Positions 13,571 through 25,453 of a DNA stretch of 64,000 nucleotides are shown in pieces. The DNA is taken from positions 8,186,001-8,250,000 of the forward strand of contig CM075989.1 of assembly GCA_038087875.1 (NCBI GenBank). Direction: 5' to 3'. The stretch is from Malacoraja senta. Its lineage: Eukaryota. Each line of letters begins with the position of its first letter. The stretch's first letter is position 1. The notes under the pieces are model-generated. The model worked only from the letters and a program-made list of their open reading frames with translations. It ran no database searches and was not told the origin of the DNA. The translations under genes were made by a program, and so were the position numbers.

Positions 13571-15164
13571 TCTTTGCACCATTCTCCTGTTTGGTCATTA
13601 GAAAAATGTGTGATTTCATTCAGTGTAGAATTTTGTTTAAAAAAAATTCTCAAAGGGCAAGGAAGTTGGTGGAATTTCTGGACACAAATGCATGTTACTA
13701 CAAGAGATATTCCAAAATACATTAAAAAAAAACTATTTTATGAAAATATTTTCTAAGTCAATTAAAAACAGCCCTTGAGCAGTTTATGCCTCGCCCCATT
13801 GCTACAAGCAAAGCTAGATTTGTCAGAAATCCCCATTCAACTCAGCAATGGAACAAGTCAGGACCATCCCTTTGTTACCCACCTGCTACCTACTGGAAGT
13901 TCAGAAGCAGGATAGGCTTACATTGGTTCTGCAACTCAATCACATTGTGCCTGAATTTGCGCCAAATCTTATTTACTCGACCTTTCTGCAGGTTGCAAGC
14001 ACCAAAACTAAAAATCACACCTACACTTGCCAATTTTGTCTTTCGGTTTAGAACATTTTTCTAGCCTTTCATACCACCTCTCTACCCCCCCCCCCCCCTC
14101 CCATCTGTTCTCACTGTATTCTATCCTGGAAAACCATCCTCCTTGTCAGCATCTTTTACAAAAAATATTTACATTATGGAGACAAAGTAATACAGCACTG
14201 AAAAAGATCATTTGACCCACCATGTCTATGCTGACCTTACCTATACCAGTCCAGTTTACCCACAATTGGTCAGTAGCCTTCTGCGTTGGCAATTCAAGTG
14301 CTGGGCTGGACAAATATTGCAAGAGTACCTCATTACTTGTCATTCGAATCACTCTCCCATTTCCCCTAAGATCGTTTCTAAACCTTCCCCTTTCACTTTA
14401 TACCTACGCTATCTCGTTTTAGACCGCCCCCACCAACAGAAAACAATTCTCACTGCCTATCCTATTGTATTAGGTCACCCTTCAGCCACCTCCATTACAG
14501 AGAATACAAACCTAACCATCAATGTTTTCCTTGTAATCAAAGCTAATCGAAGCCAGGTAACATTGTGGTACATTTCTTCCACACTCTGTTCAATGCTTCC
14601 TATAGTATGGTGTTCAGAACTTGCTCATGACAGAAGTGCAGCCATTTGGCCCATGTCAGCTGCCAGAATTAACATTGTGGCCCTAGCCTTGATTTCTCTG
14701 CAAACTATTCACACATATGACCACGGATTCCTGTTATTCAATATTTTTCTACTAAAAGGCATAATTTACAGCAGCCAATTACTTAAACAATATTCTGTGG
14801 GAGGAAAAAAACAAGGTTATATATAAAAAATACAATGCGACTCATTACAGCCACAGAATTAAATTGGAAAATGCCAATTACACAATACTATGCAATAGGA
14901 ATGCTAATGTGTCCCAGTTAATTCCGAATTAAGTAATCAACATATTCCATTGCCACGAACAACACTCAAGGAATACATAAAAGGCACATCAATAAATCGC
15001 ACCAGTGAAAGAAAAACAGCAGGTAATTATCATCAGATAAAGTAACTTGCTGAAGCAGACAAGCAAAAGTAAAAAAGTCAATTCGAGAGAACTAAACTCA
15101 GTGTAGAAATACCAGTTGGGAAGACAACAAGACAAAAAGAATCAATTTCGTACACTATCACCAA

Positions 15165-15370
15165 CCTACGAGTTAGAGAATTTACAATTTCATCAAAGTC
15201 AATGAACCAATAAACTTGTACGTCTTTGGAGTGTGGGAGGAAATCGGAGCACCCAGAGAAAACCCACGTGGTCACAGGAAGAACGTACAGAATCCGTACA
15301 GAGAGCACCCATAGCCAGGATCAAACCTGGGTCCATGGCACTGTAAGAACAGCTTTACCACCATGCCAAC
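15165..15370 (-). mobile_element. HE1/V-SINE
   Basis: V-domain (gagtgtgggaggaaatcggagcacccagagaaaacccacgtggtcacagg) and tRNA-like head. Confidence 0.8.
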
Positions 15371-16464
15371 CTACTTAATACTAGAGGAGATGTGTCGGAT
15401 TCCCATCTCATGGAAATATCGAGTTAGTTATAAAGCAAGAGAGGAAGCAAAAAGTCAAGTTATTACAGTGCTGCAATGGAAGATCACCACATTCACTGAA
15501 AACTAGCTTCCCTAAGCTGAAAATAATACAACCTGCCACTAAGCAAACTTCCAAACTGACCATTTCCAAACTGACCATTCCCAAATCAACAACCACGTAC
15601 TAATGAAACTGCCCATCTTGGGAATCGATGTATTATTTGTCTGGGACTTCAGCAAACAATGCACAAAGCTAAAATCTATATTCACAGTACCGTTTGGACC
15701 CATAATGTAGGTGACCTAGAATGGTGTGACTGCAAGAAAGAAAATGAGATATGGACACTGGTAAATAATTCCTCCCCAATGGCAATTCAGAAACTGTGGC
15801 AATCAAAACACCGATTATGGGTGTGTTTGTTATTCTTATCTGGACTTGGAAGGAGCACAAGTCACTTAAAAAATGTCTGCCTCTAATTATTTACCAGGAG
15901 CTGTTATAACATTAAATGTCATTTTCCTATTTGGTAATAGACATCAGAACTTCTCTACCGATATTTGTGCAGGGTTTTGTTCTGCTTCCATTTTATTATT
16001 CTGCCTAAGCATGCATTTAATTAATGGGGCACAGATAATAGTTGACGATTTAAACAACCCTGGGGCATGAGTTAAGTACAGTTCAAGATTGAACCTGCAT
16101 GAAAACCTCATCAGATGGAGATTGCATGACACTTCATTGAATAACAGGTTAAAGTTTTTTTTAAAGTTTTCTATAGCCAAGATATTAAGAGTGCAGCTTC
16201 ACAATGAACCACTGCATATTTTCAGATTCTCATTTGTATATTATCAATCATTTCTGAAAGCCTTTCTCTTCTGTATATTTCTTGTCATCTGCTTGGATTC
16301 TTTCTACATCTCTCTCTCTCTCTTTCCTCATCCTCCCAACAGCTGCCTAGAACCAGATTTAGAGGGCACATTGCCTTAAATCAAAACATGTTAAATTATT
16401 AGCAAGTCTAAAAGGAACCTGGAACCTGGATTGGGGTACACTGCAGCTAAAACCAGCTTCCATT

Positions 16465-17305
16465 TAGTAAGTACGTTTTATTTATATAGCACGGTTTAAA
16501 TCAACTCGCGTTGAAGCCAAAGTGCTTTACATAAAATAAATAATAAGTTTCCGTACATCCATAGAAAAAGATTAAAAAAAGAAAAATTGACACAACACAT
16601 TATAGAGTTCAACACAAACATCCCCCCACAACAGCATCAAAATTTTCCACTGTGGGGAAAGGCACCAGAAAGTTTAGTCCTCTTCCTCTGTGACCACCCG
16701 AGGTCGGGGCCTTGCAGCCAGTCTGATGTTTTCAGGCCCTCTTGCCGTGAAGCTGGAACTCCGGTGTCGGGTGGACATTCCTCAGCGGCTTCCTCCCTGG
16801 AGACTGCGGCACTCGAGGTCCCCCAGGCCGCGCTGGTTGGAGCTCCGACTGGCGATCTCAGCAAGAGATCCCAGGCTCCGCGGTGTTCTAAATCCAGCGC
16901 TGGACACTCCGCAGACCGCAGCTCCTCGATGTTGGAGTCGGTGGTCACCGCACCCGCTTACCGCTCGGCGACCCAGTAAGGCATCGCCCGCTCCGTGTTG
17001 GTGTCCCAGCGCTGTGCCGCCGCCGAAGCTGTAGTCCTGGTCAGCCCCGACACGAAACGCCGCTCCAGTCTCGATGGTAGGCCGCGAGGAAGGGGCGAAG
17101 AAGCAGCTCGGAGGGAAGCCGCCTCTCCGACCAGGTAGGGACTAGGAAATAAAGTTTCCCCCGTCCCCTCCACATAAAAGACCTCCAACTAACATTTTGT
17201 TTTTTAACAGGACTAAAAAATAAAATAAAAAAGGGTGACAGGGCAGACTGCAGGCAGAACAGCCATATACAACGGCGCCCTACTCCTGCACATCCGCCAT
17301 CTTGA
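16465..17305 (-). mobile_element. GC-rich non-autonomous retroposon with AAGATGGCG head and L2-type tail
   Basis: Minus strand starts AAGATGGCGG (YY1-like LINE 5' motif) and ends TGTAAAGCACTTTG..GTGCTATATAAATAAA; no ORF homology seen. Confidence 0.6.
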
Positions 17306-17808
17306 ACTTTGTTGTTATAGGATGCAGAATCTTGATGTCAACTAGAAATAATGTAGTAGTCGCTGCAAGACCAATTCCAGGATGGACATGAATCAATAAC
17401 TACTGTTCACATCAAGTTCAGTCATAAGAGAAATATACATTGTTTAAAAGGTTGGTCTTCATCTAACAGCAGTGTCGAATGGAAAGCATGCGATTTGCCT
17501 AGTTCTTGCACTGACAGTAGGATCTCAGATTTTATTTGGTTAGATGGATTCTTTTTGTAGTATAATTTGTATGCTTAGATGCAATTGAACATTTTTTTAC
17601 AATAAAGTCAGAAATATGTTTAATTATGTCTTTATTATAATAGTTTCATAACAGCTCAATGTACTAAACTGTACATGCTGAAAGAAACAGGTAAAAGGTT
17701 TTGTGGAGATCAACTTACAATGTTAATTTGAAAATTGCTATGTCTGAACCGTCCTCATGTCTCCTTTAAATACTGTTCCTCACCAAAAAGGTCATTGTTC
17801 AGTGAAAG

Positions 17809-17904
17809 GTACACAAAAATGCTGGAGAAACTCAGCGGGTGCAGCAGCATCTATGGAGCGAAGGAAATAGGTAACGTTTCGGGCCGAAACCCTTCTTCAG
17901 ACTC
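17809..17904 (-). mobile_element. pLTR-derived element with intact minimal hammerhead core
   Basis: Minus strand CTGAAGA-AGGGT-TTCG-GCCC-GAAACGTT (17900-17873); 11-bp TSD TTCAGTGAAAG at 17798-17808 and 17905-17915. Confidence 0.8.
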
Positions 17905-18039
17905 TTCAGTGAAAGATGTGTACAAGCTCTTGCAAGTAAACAAAACATTGTTTGTCTTGACTAAATAAGCTCTACAAGATAACTTGAATTCAGTAACATT
18001 TAAATGTATTGCAGTCAGTACTCAACATTCATTACAGAG

Positions 18040-18435
18040 ACACTACCATCAGCATTCAGAATGCTAATTAGTAGAACTTCAAAGTGTTCCATCCAGCAGA
18101 AACTGATTGCCCTTCTCTCCTTGACACGTTCACCTCCATTCTTAGCTCTCACTGAGGTGGAGGTCTTGGCTGCTGGCCTTGATAGCACTGAGGATCGCAG
18201 ATCATGGCTGTCAGTGAGTTACTGGTCTGCCAATATTCTTTCCACCCACCATGTGTTCTGTAGATCTCAACTTTTTAACTAGACCTTGGCTTTTAGGTGC
18301 CAATAAAGCTGTTACATTTCCCCTCGAGGCAGGTGAAGTTTCCAATCCAGGAAAGCCTTATGTTTTCGGCTAATTAGCTTTTGAATCTCCTGATCATTCT
18401 CATCAAGCAAGTCTGGCTTCTTCTTAAAGAAACCA
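18040..18435 (-). mobile_element. RTE LINE ORF2 fragment (decayed)
   Basis: KKPDLLDENDQEIQKLISRKHKAFLDW..HLKAKV..NTWWVE..DSHD..WMEHFEVLL matches the RTE inter-domain region. Confidence 0.7.
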
Positions 18436-19159
18436 ACATTATTTTCACAGATGTTACTTATGATTGACTTGGAAAGAACTAAACTACAATACTAAAGGAA
18501 AATCGCAACCTACATTGCCTCCTCTTCAGAAGGTCACCCCGACCCAAGTAATCAAACTGTAGTGCACAGATAACACCTGGATTTTTAAACATTCAGAAGC
18601 ATAACACCATCATTAACTATGTTCATTAAAGTCTCATGTTCCTCATTCATAAACAAAAGGTTCTCTGCCAACTTCCCCTGCAGTCCATTAAAACGTCCCA
18701 ATAATAAAAGTTCATTGTGAGAACCAGGAACCTTGACTACTTTCCACATCTTGGGAACAATGAAGGCAGAAAGCTCTTGATCCAATATATCACCAATGCC
18801 GCAAGGAAACTGTGCAGCCCTATTTCGCATAAAAAGGAAGCAAGACCACAGGTACCTCGAGGCAATGGAAATGTATCACAAATTCAGTTTCTACAAAATC
18901 CACCAATTAATTCACTGGGAAGTTAAGGTGAATAAGTGTGAGTAAACTCATCCAGGCTGACACTATGAGTCTCAGGTCCTAACTACATTCATCAGCTCTG
19001 TATCAATATCACCAGGAATACCTGGCCCATGGCTACCCCAAGTAGACAAAAATCATCCAGAAAGGTATTGAGAAACACAAGCCAGGAAGTGCAGTGTAAA
19101 CGCTGGAAGGAGCACACCACCTCACAAACCAATCCAGAGGGACAAGAGGTGCCATGACC

Positions 19160-19360
19160 CGATAGACACAAAATGCTGGAGTAATTCAGCGGGACAGGCA
19201 TCATCTCTGGAGAGAAGGAATGGGTCACTTTTTGGGTCGAGACCCTTCTTCAAAACGTCACCTATTCCTTCTCTCCAGAGATGCTGCCTGTCCCGCTGAG
19301 TTACTCCAGCAATGTGTCTAGCTTCGGTTTAAACCAGCATCTGCAGTTCCTTCCGACACG
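19160..19360. mobile_element. Head-to-head pLTR pair with TSD
   Basis: Inverted arms fused within the hammerhead region; direct repeat GGTGCCATGA on both sides. Confidence 0.8.
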
Positions 19361-20571
19361 GGTGCCATGAACAGACTGGCTGGCAGGTAGTCTGCCTACA
19401 AGATTGGTTGTATGCCATCCTGAGGTGAGGGATCAGCTAAAGACGACAACTTGCTCTGATGTTAATTTTGCTGCTGAAATGCCACATTTGCAGTTACGAT
19501 AAATTGTACTTATTTACAATTATGAGGACACACAGGTGGAAGAAATTGTGGCATCTGGTTTTTAAATTAAACCGTGCTCCAAAACCACAAAACAATCACT
19601 CTCGAGACTGAAAGGAGGGAAAACCCGTACCTGTACTGTAAACATTTTTGTACTATGATGAATCCACCTGGAGCCAGGAAAAACTACTGCAATGGATTTC
19701 AAATAAAATATACATGCCAATGTGCACAGTTAAGCTTTCATTAAAGTCCAAATGTGTGTGGAAGGAGAAGACACTTGTTCTCCATTCTGTCATTTGAATA
19801 AATGGTAATTTCAATCTATTTTCTAATACAGAACACAAGACTTGCATTGAAAGAATAAAGAATTTATTTGCAACTGCAAGGGATCTTTCTAAAAACGTAT
19901 TTTTTCTATTTGCATGTAATGAGGCGGTCGAGGGTAATGAAGTGAATCTTACAAATGAAGCATACATCCTAATAGTTTCAATCATTCTACTGATAGAAAA
20001 TAACTGAAAATACCACGTACAGTATATAAACAGGAATGCTGGATGTTGAATGAAACCAAAATTTAAAGATTTCCAACTCTCCCCAAAACTGATATAAAAA
20101 TTCATGATTTTCTTCATACATGCTTTCTTGACTATTTTTGCAACTGAAAGTTCTTTAAAGCAGTCATAAAAAAAAGCTAAATCAGAACCAATATGTGCTC
20201 AAGTGGTTCTGCATATAGACTAAAAATAATTATTTTTTTCATAAATTACATTTAACTTTGATATTGACAATAGGAAGCCATCAAATGACTTAGATTCCTT
20301 CGCTCCATAGATGCTCTCACCCGCTGAGTTTCTCCAGCATTTTTGTGTAGCTTAGATAAAAACCGAGTTTGTATAATCCGTTCAGACAGTTAAAATAAAA
20401 CATAATAATATGCTATGTTCTCAAATACATGACCAGGCAAGAATAATTCTACTTTAAAATTCCTGTGCATTCTCCAGACTAAATAACTTTGTGGATACAA
20501 TTTTATTGAGTTTTATTTTAAAGCATTATTGAAAATATATCACAACCTCTATAAAAAATACATTTCCCTCA

Positions 20572-20810
20572 GATAGAAGCAAAATGCTGGAGTAATTCAG
20601 TGCGACAGGCAGCATCTCTGGAGAGAAGGAATGGGTGATGTTTCAGGTAGAGACCCATCTTCAGATTCCTGAGACGTCTGAAGAAGGGTCTCGACCAGAA
20701 ACGTCACATAGTCCTGCTCTCCTGAGATGCTGCCTGTCCTGCTGAGTTGCTCCAGCATTTTGTGTCTATGTTGGGTTTAAACCAGCATCTGCTGTTCCTT
20801 CCTACACAAG
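20572..20810. mobile_element. Head-to-head pLTR pair, hammerhead core on each strand
   Basis: Plus strand CTGAAGA..GAAACGTC and minus strand CTGAAGA..GAAACATC; TSD TTTCCCTCA. Confidence 0.8.
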
Positions 20811-21129
20811 TTTCCCTCACATACCTTTCCATATTCCTCAAAGAGTATACAAATCATTGTAATTCAATCTTTATTCCCCAATATTCACACAACTCTGTTC
20901 TATAATAAAATTGCAAAATGCAGTATTCACACATTGTGAATGGGGATGAGAGTATGAAAAAACATTGAGATTTAATCATCATCTCCCAAAAAGAGTTGTG
21001 AAAATGGGCAAGGTGAGAAAGTGTTTTCCCCACAAATGTACTTTATTCATAATATACTGTAAATCCTGATCAGGATACATTTACTGCATCAATTCAATCG
21101 ATTATCTTATAATGTGACAATGCCCCTCA

Positions 21130-22900
21130 TGTTTCCCCCTTAAAATTAAAATCTCTAACACATTTGAGAGGCTGTTTCAAGGCACCCAGCACAAATGTGC
21201 CCAATAGTCCTCTCCACAGAGCCTTTGCAATGGCTGCACTGAGCTCCGGTGGTTCTCTCAGTATGTACCTCGTGCACCTTGGAGTGCGCCAGTCAGCAGC
21301 ATTCACTTGCAGACATCTCCTTACATTGAAAGGGCAACAACCTTCATTCAGACCAAAGTGCATCTTTCACTGATGATCTTCCAGCAGCAGTTTATGTTTA
21401 CTTCATACTACATCCTTAGAAACTGCCTCCCGAGTATAGCTCCTGTGTAATGCTGCTGCTTGAGGCAAACCTCAACAAAGGCCACTACATCCATTTCCAG
21501 ACCTTTGTGGTAAAAACAGTCCACAAGGAGATGAATGATCATCACGTCTGAACCACAACCAGAGCAGAGCAATGGTGAGAGGGAGGCAAGAACTGTGCTT
21601 GTAGGTTCTCACGAGGAGGGTCCCTCCCATCATCTGCCAAGCATGGTCGGTGCTTCTACTTTGAGTGTTATTGCGATAAAGCATTCTGCAAAATAACTTT
21701 ACTGGTTTGCTCTAGGGACCATCCCACAAGATCTACTATCTCCTTTTTGCACAGAGCTATCATGATATTTCACACTTTCACTGCCTGATGGTCTTTTGGT
21801 CAAAGGTATGTTTCCTACAGGAACTTTTCTACAAAAGGCAGGCTACATGACACGATTGATTGATTAATTGACTATATTACAACAACAAGAACAAGCCGAT
21901 CATTTGCAATACAACGTGCAGCCTCAGCACGTTGCAACACATGGTGTTTGCATAGTCCAGCCATACATAAAAGAGGTGGCCATCAGTATGCAGGATAAGT
22001 TGGGTACATATGCCCCACCATCTTTTTTCTGGAGACCCATTCCGGAATGGCAGACAGAACGATAGATGGGTCATGTGACGGAGGAGACGTAGCGGAAGAG
22101 TACGCGCCATACCTGTTTCATGTGCAGTAATACCAAGAGCACCTCACAGCTGGTGAGCAGGTTTTTGCCTCCTGTCAAGCAGGAGCACCACTTCCATATT
22201 CTCAACTTTCACTTTGGTTATTAAACCCAGCTAATTCATGTCACATACCCCAATTGCTCCAAATCAGATTCCCAACAAATAGTCAGATTTAATGCTGAAG
22301 GGAATGGAGTAAAATCTGCAGGCCAGTCGCCAAAGAATATTGCCTCACTCTTGGTACGATTGACTTGGACCCACCTTGGGTTGTGTACCAATGACTGCGT
22401 AAAGCAGTTATAAGCATTTCCTGATTCCTTTCCAAAACCAATTGCAAGGACACAATGCAATGTCATAAATGATCAGAACAGGATCCCTCTTAATTCCTAT
22501 GCCTCAGTTACCTACACATCATATTTACCATTCAGTTCCAATAAAGGTCTCAGAATAAACACCATAACTTAGAGACAACATAATTTTTAAAGAGAAACCC
22601 TATTCTTCTTTCACAGGTGTTTCAGATTTTTCAACTTTGCAGGAATAGAATTCTGTTTCCAAGTGCCGAGTGTGTCTATTTTTATCCATAATTACAACTC
22701 TCAGGCTGTCACAGGTTTGTGATAATGTGCCCACAAGGTCTTTGGTAACTGTGAAATTGGGATATTTTATTCCCTGTACACCTGATCTCCACTTTAGCAC
22801 TCAAAATGTGGTAAGAAAGAGTCACGCAGCAAGAGAATAGTTACTAAAGATAGCAGTATCTTCAGCTACCAGTGACAATACACAGAATTATACTTGACAG
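21130..22900 (-). mobile_element. Tx1/L1-clade LINE ORF2 remnant
   Basis: Remnants VQVNRTKSEAIFFGDW, GFGKES, AWQMMGGTLLVR and YILR...L.AA.AKA.W resemble the Tx1 RT and C-terminal regions; many frameshifts. Confidence 0.7.
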
Positions 22901-25372
22901 TCAGGGAAGCTGCTTTCCGATTGTCCATGGCCACATCAATTCACCTGCACCAGCTAGCAATGGTGTAATGCTGTGGCGATTATCCAAAAATTTTTTGCCA
23001 GATATTTTCTAAAAATCTTGCACACTGTTCTTAAGAGATACTTTGCTTGGCTACTCAAACTCTCACATCTAACTGCACTTTTCTGATATCACAAATCCCC
23101 ATCCCCAAGGTTAAACAGGACTAAAATACCGTCTCTTAATTCAGGAGATGCCAGGATAAATGAAACCACCAATGACACAATTCTAATTCTAAAATTAATC
23201 ATTTTGGGGGAAATGGTTAACTTTCACAAATCATTCAAAGATGGATCTCTTCCAATGCAATGCAAGTATTAATTTATAAAACACCTCAAGTGCTATCATT
23301 TGACAATAAACCTGAAGCTTTGGCAAATTGTTGATGTGTATTGTTGATGCCAGGATCAAATGACATGTAACATCACATCAAACTATTCAATACTCATTTG
23401 GAATTAGTTTATGCCATGTCTTGGAATGAAAAAGTACAAATTGTTTGACGAGAAAAATAACACAAATGCAAGAAATTGCTAATTTGATTAAAACAAAAGT
23501 TTATCAAATTATACTCCACATTAGCCTCAAATGGCTACTTGGCTAAACTACAGGAGGACAAATGGTATCCACAGAACAATATACCACCTCAGCAACAAAG
23601 TCAGACAGCATCTGCAGAATGAGAAAACAAAAATCAATATTTCAAGTGAATGACAAACAGGCCGTTAAGCCCAAGTTAAGAATCTAGATTTTTAAGAACA
23701 GTGAAACTTGAAGGATACAATAAGGCGTCTGAAACGTTGTGACTTGTGTACTGCCTCACCACAATCTACTATTCATACATTCTTGTACTTGGATTTTACT
23801 GTGCTTATGTATAGCAAGATTTTACTGAATTGTATGCAAAAAGAATTTCACTGTACATAAGTACATGTGACAATAAAGTATAATTGAAAGATGAGTTGAA
23901 AATCAGCTTTACACCATGACATTTAAATAGAAAATATTCAGCAGGTTACACTTGCCAAATTTCCAGATCTGCTCAATGCTTGCAGTATTTTCGGTTTTTG
24001 GTTGGATTTCCAACATTTGTAGCTTTTTGATTATCAATTAAAATGTTAAACTTAACAGCAAAAGAATCTCTGAAATACAGCCGTGGAGTTGTTTTCACTA
24101 ATTTACACAAGAATTGTCAGGAAAAAAAGCAGAGAAAAAAATGTGCATATTGGATTCATGTCACGGCAATATGGATTGGAAGATTTCAAGAATATTATTT
24201 TACTGGCAATATATTGCTGATTCAAACCAAGACGCCAACAGTACTAGATTTGAATTAGAATATTGAATCAATATTCGAGAAAAATGGATAGGGAGGCAAG
24301 ACCCAAGAAAACATTTGGTTCACTTTCATTTTTTCTTACCTCTATAAAAAGGTCCATTAAAAGATTATCGACCAATTTTATTAGCAAACATTTAACAAAT
24401 TGAATAACTGGCTATCCAACACATCTAAGCTTTAACTGAACTTGCAATTCTGTTACATTATTCCAATAATTTAGTACAAAAGCAGGGAAGATATAATCTC
24501 CTATCTTAAAAGTTTGAAAACGGATTAAATTACTGAACAAGATATTCTACCTCCATCACAAACTGAAACTTAAATCCACAAAGCACTCAAATAACAGATT
24601 TGATAAGATGCATATGAACAAACAAAACAATGGCAAGTAAGTCTGCATTCTTCCCCCACATTGGTTTATTCATAAATAAATATGGCATTGCACTGTTCCC
24701 TTTCTCTATATGCATCTCCCTTGCCAAAACAAAAATAACTGGTAACCAAACATAAATAACAATGATAAGTTCATATTTACTCTAATGTAAAACTGTCACA
24801 CACAGAGGTGACTCTATATCAACCTATTGTATAGAAAGAGTGACAGTATACAACACAATGAAAATTCAGATAAAGTTCCCACATACCCACCAATTAGGCT
24901 TTTGGGTAAAGGTAGCAGATTAGGAATTACCATCACCTTGTGAATGGTACACACAGCAGACATGGTGCATTAAAATCATAAATGTGAAATGTAGACATAT
25001 GACTGTGGTGAAACTGCTCAAATGCAAGAATGTATAATCTGAAGCACTCAAAATATTCATACGATAAATTATACATCTACATACACCTGGAGCCTTCAAG
25101 ACTTACAAAGCTTGGACAAATTTTGACAACAATTTGTTCCTTAATTGTAGTTCTCCTGCTTACTTCCATTTAATCAGTGTAATAGTATTGTTCGATGTAC
25201 AACCATCCTTTTTCTAAAGCTTCTTCTTGGAAGATCAATCAGGTATCAAAAAGTTACATTAAATTTAATCTGCTTACTCGATAATTTCAGATTCATACTG
25301 GCAGGTCACCTTCTTGTGATAAAGTGAAATACACTTTTCAATACAATTTTTCCCATTATTCTTTTGGGAAGG

Positions 25373-25453
25373 ATATATATATACACATATATATATATAT
25401 ACACATACATTTACACATACATTTACACATATATATATACACACACACACATA
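25373..25453. repeat. (TA)/(CA) microsatellite left of Tc1 (continues 27064-27174)
   Basis: Directly visible. Confidence 0.95.

Noticed and set aside
14212..14826. 204-aa ORF
   Set aside because: Non-ATG start, overlaps an antisense decayed CR1-like 3' end, no protein motifs
19653..20117. 154-aa minus-strand ORF and a possible 37-nt exon at 19631-19667
   Set aside because: No recognisable domain, composition typical of AT-rich non-coding DNA, no partner exons found
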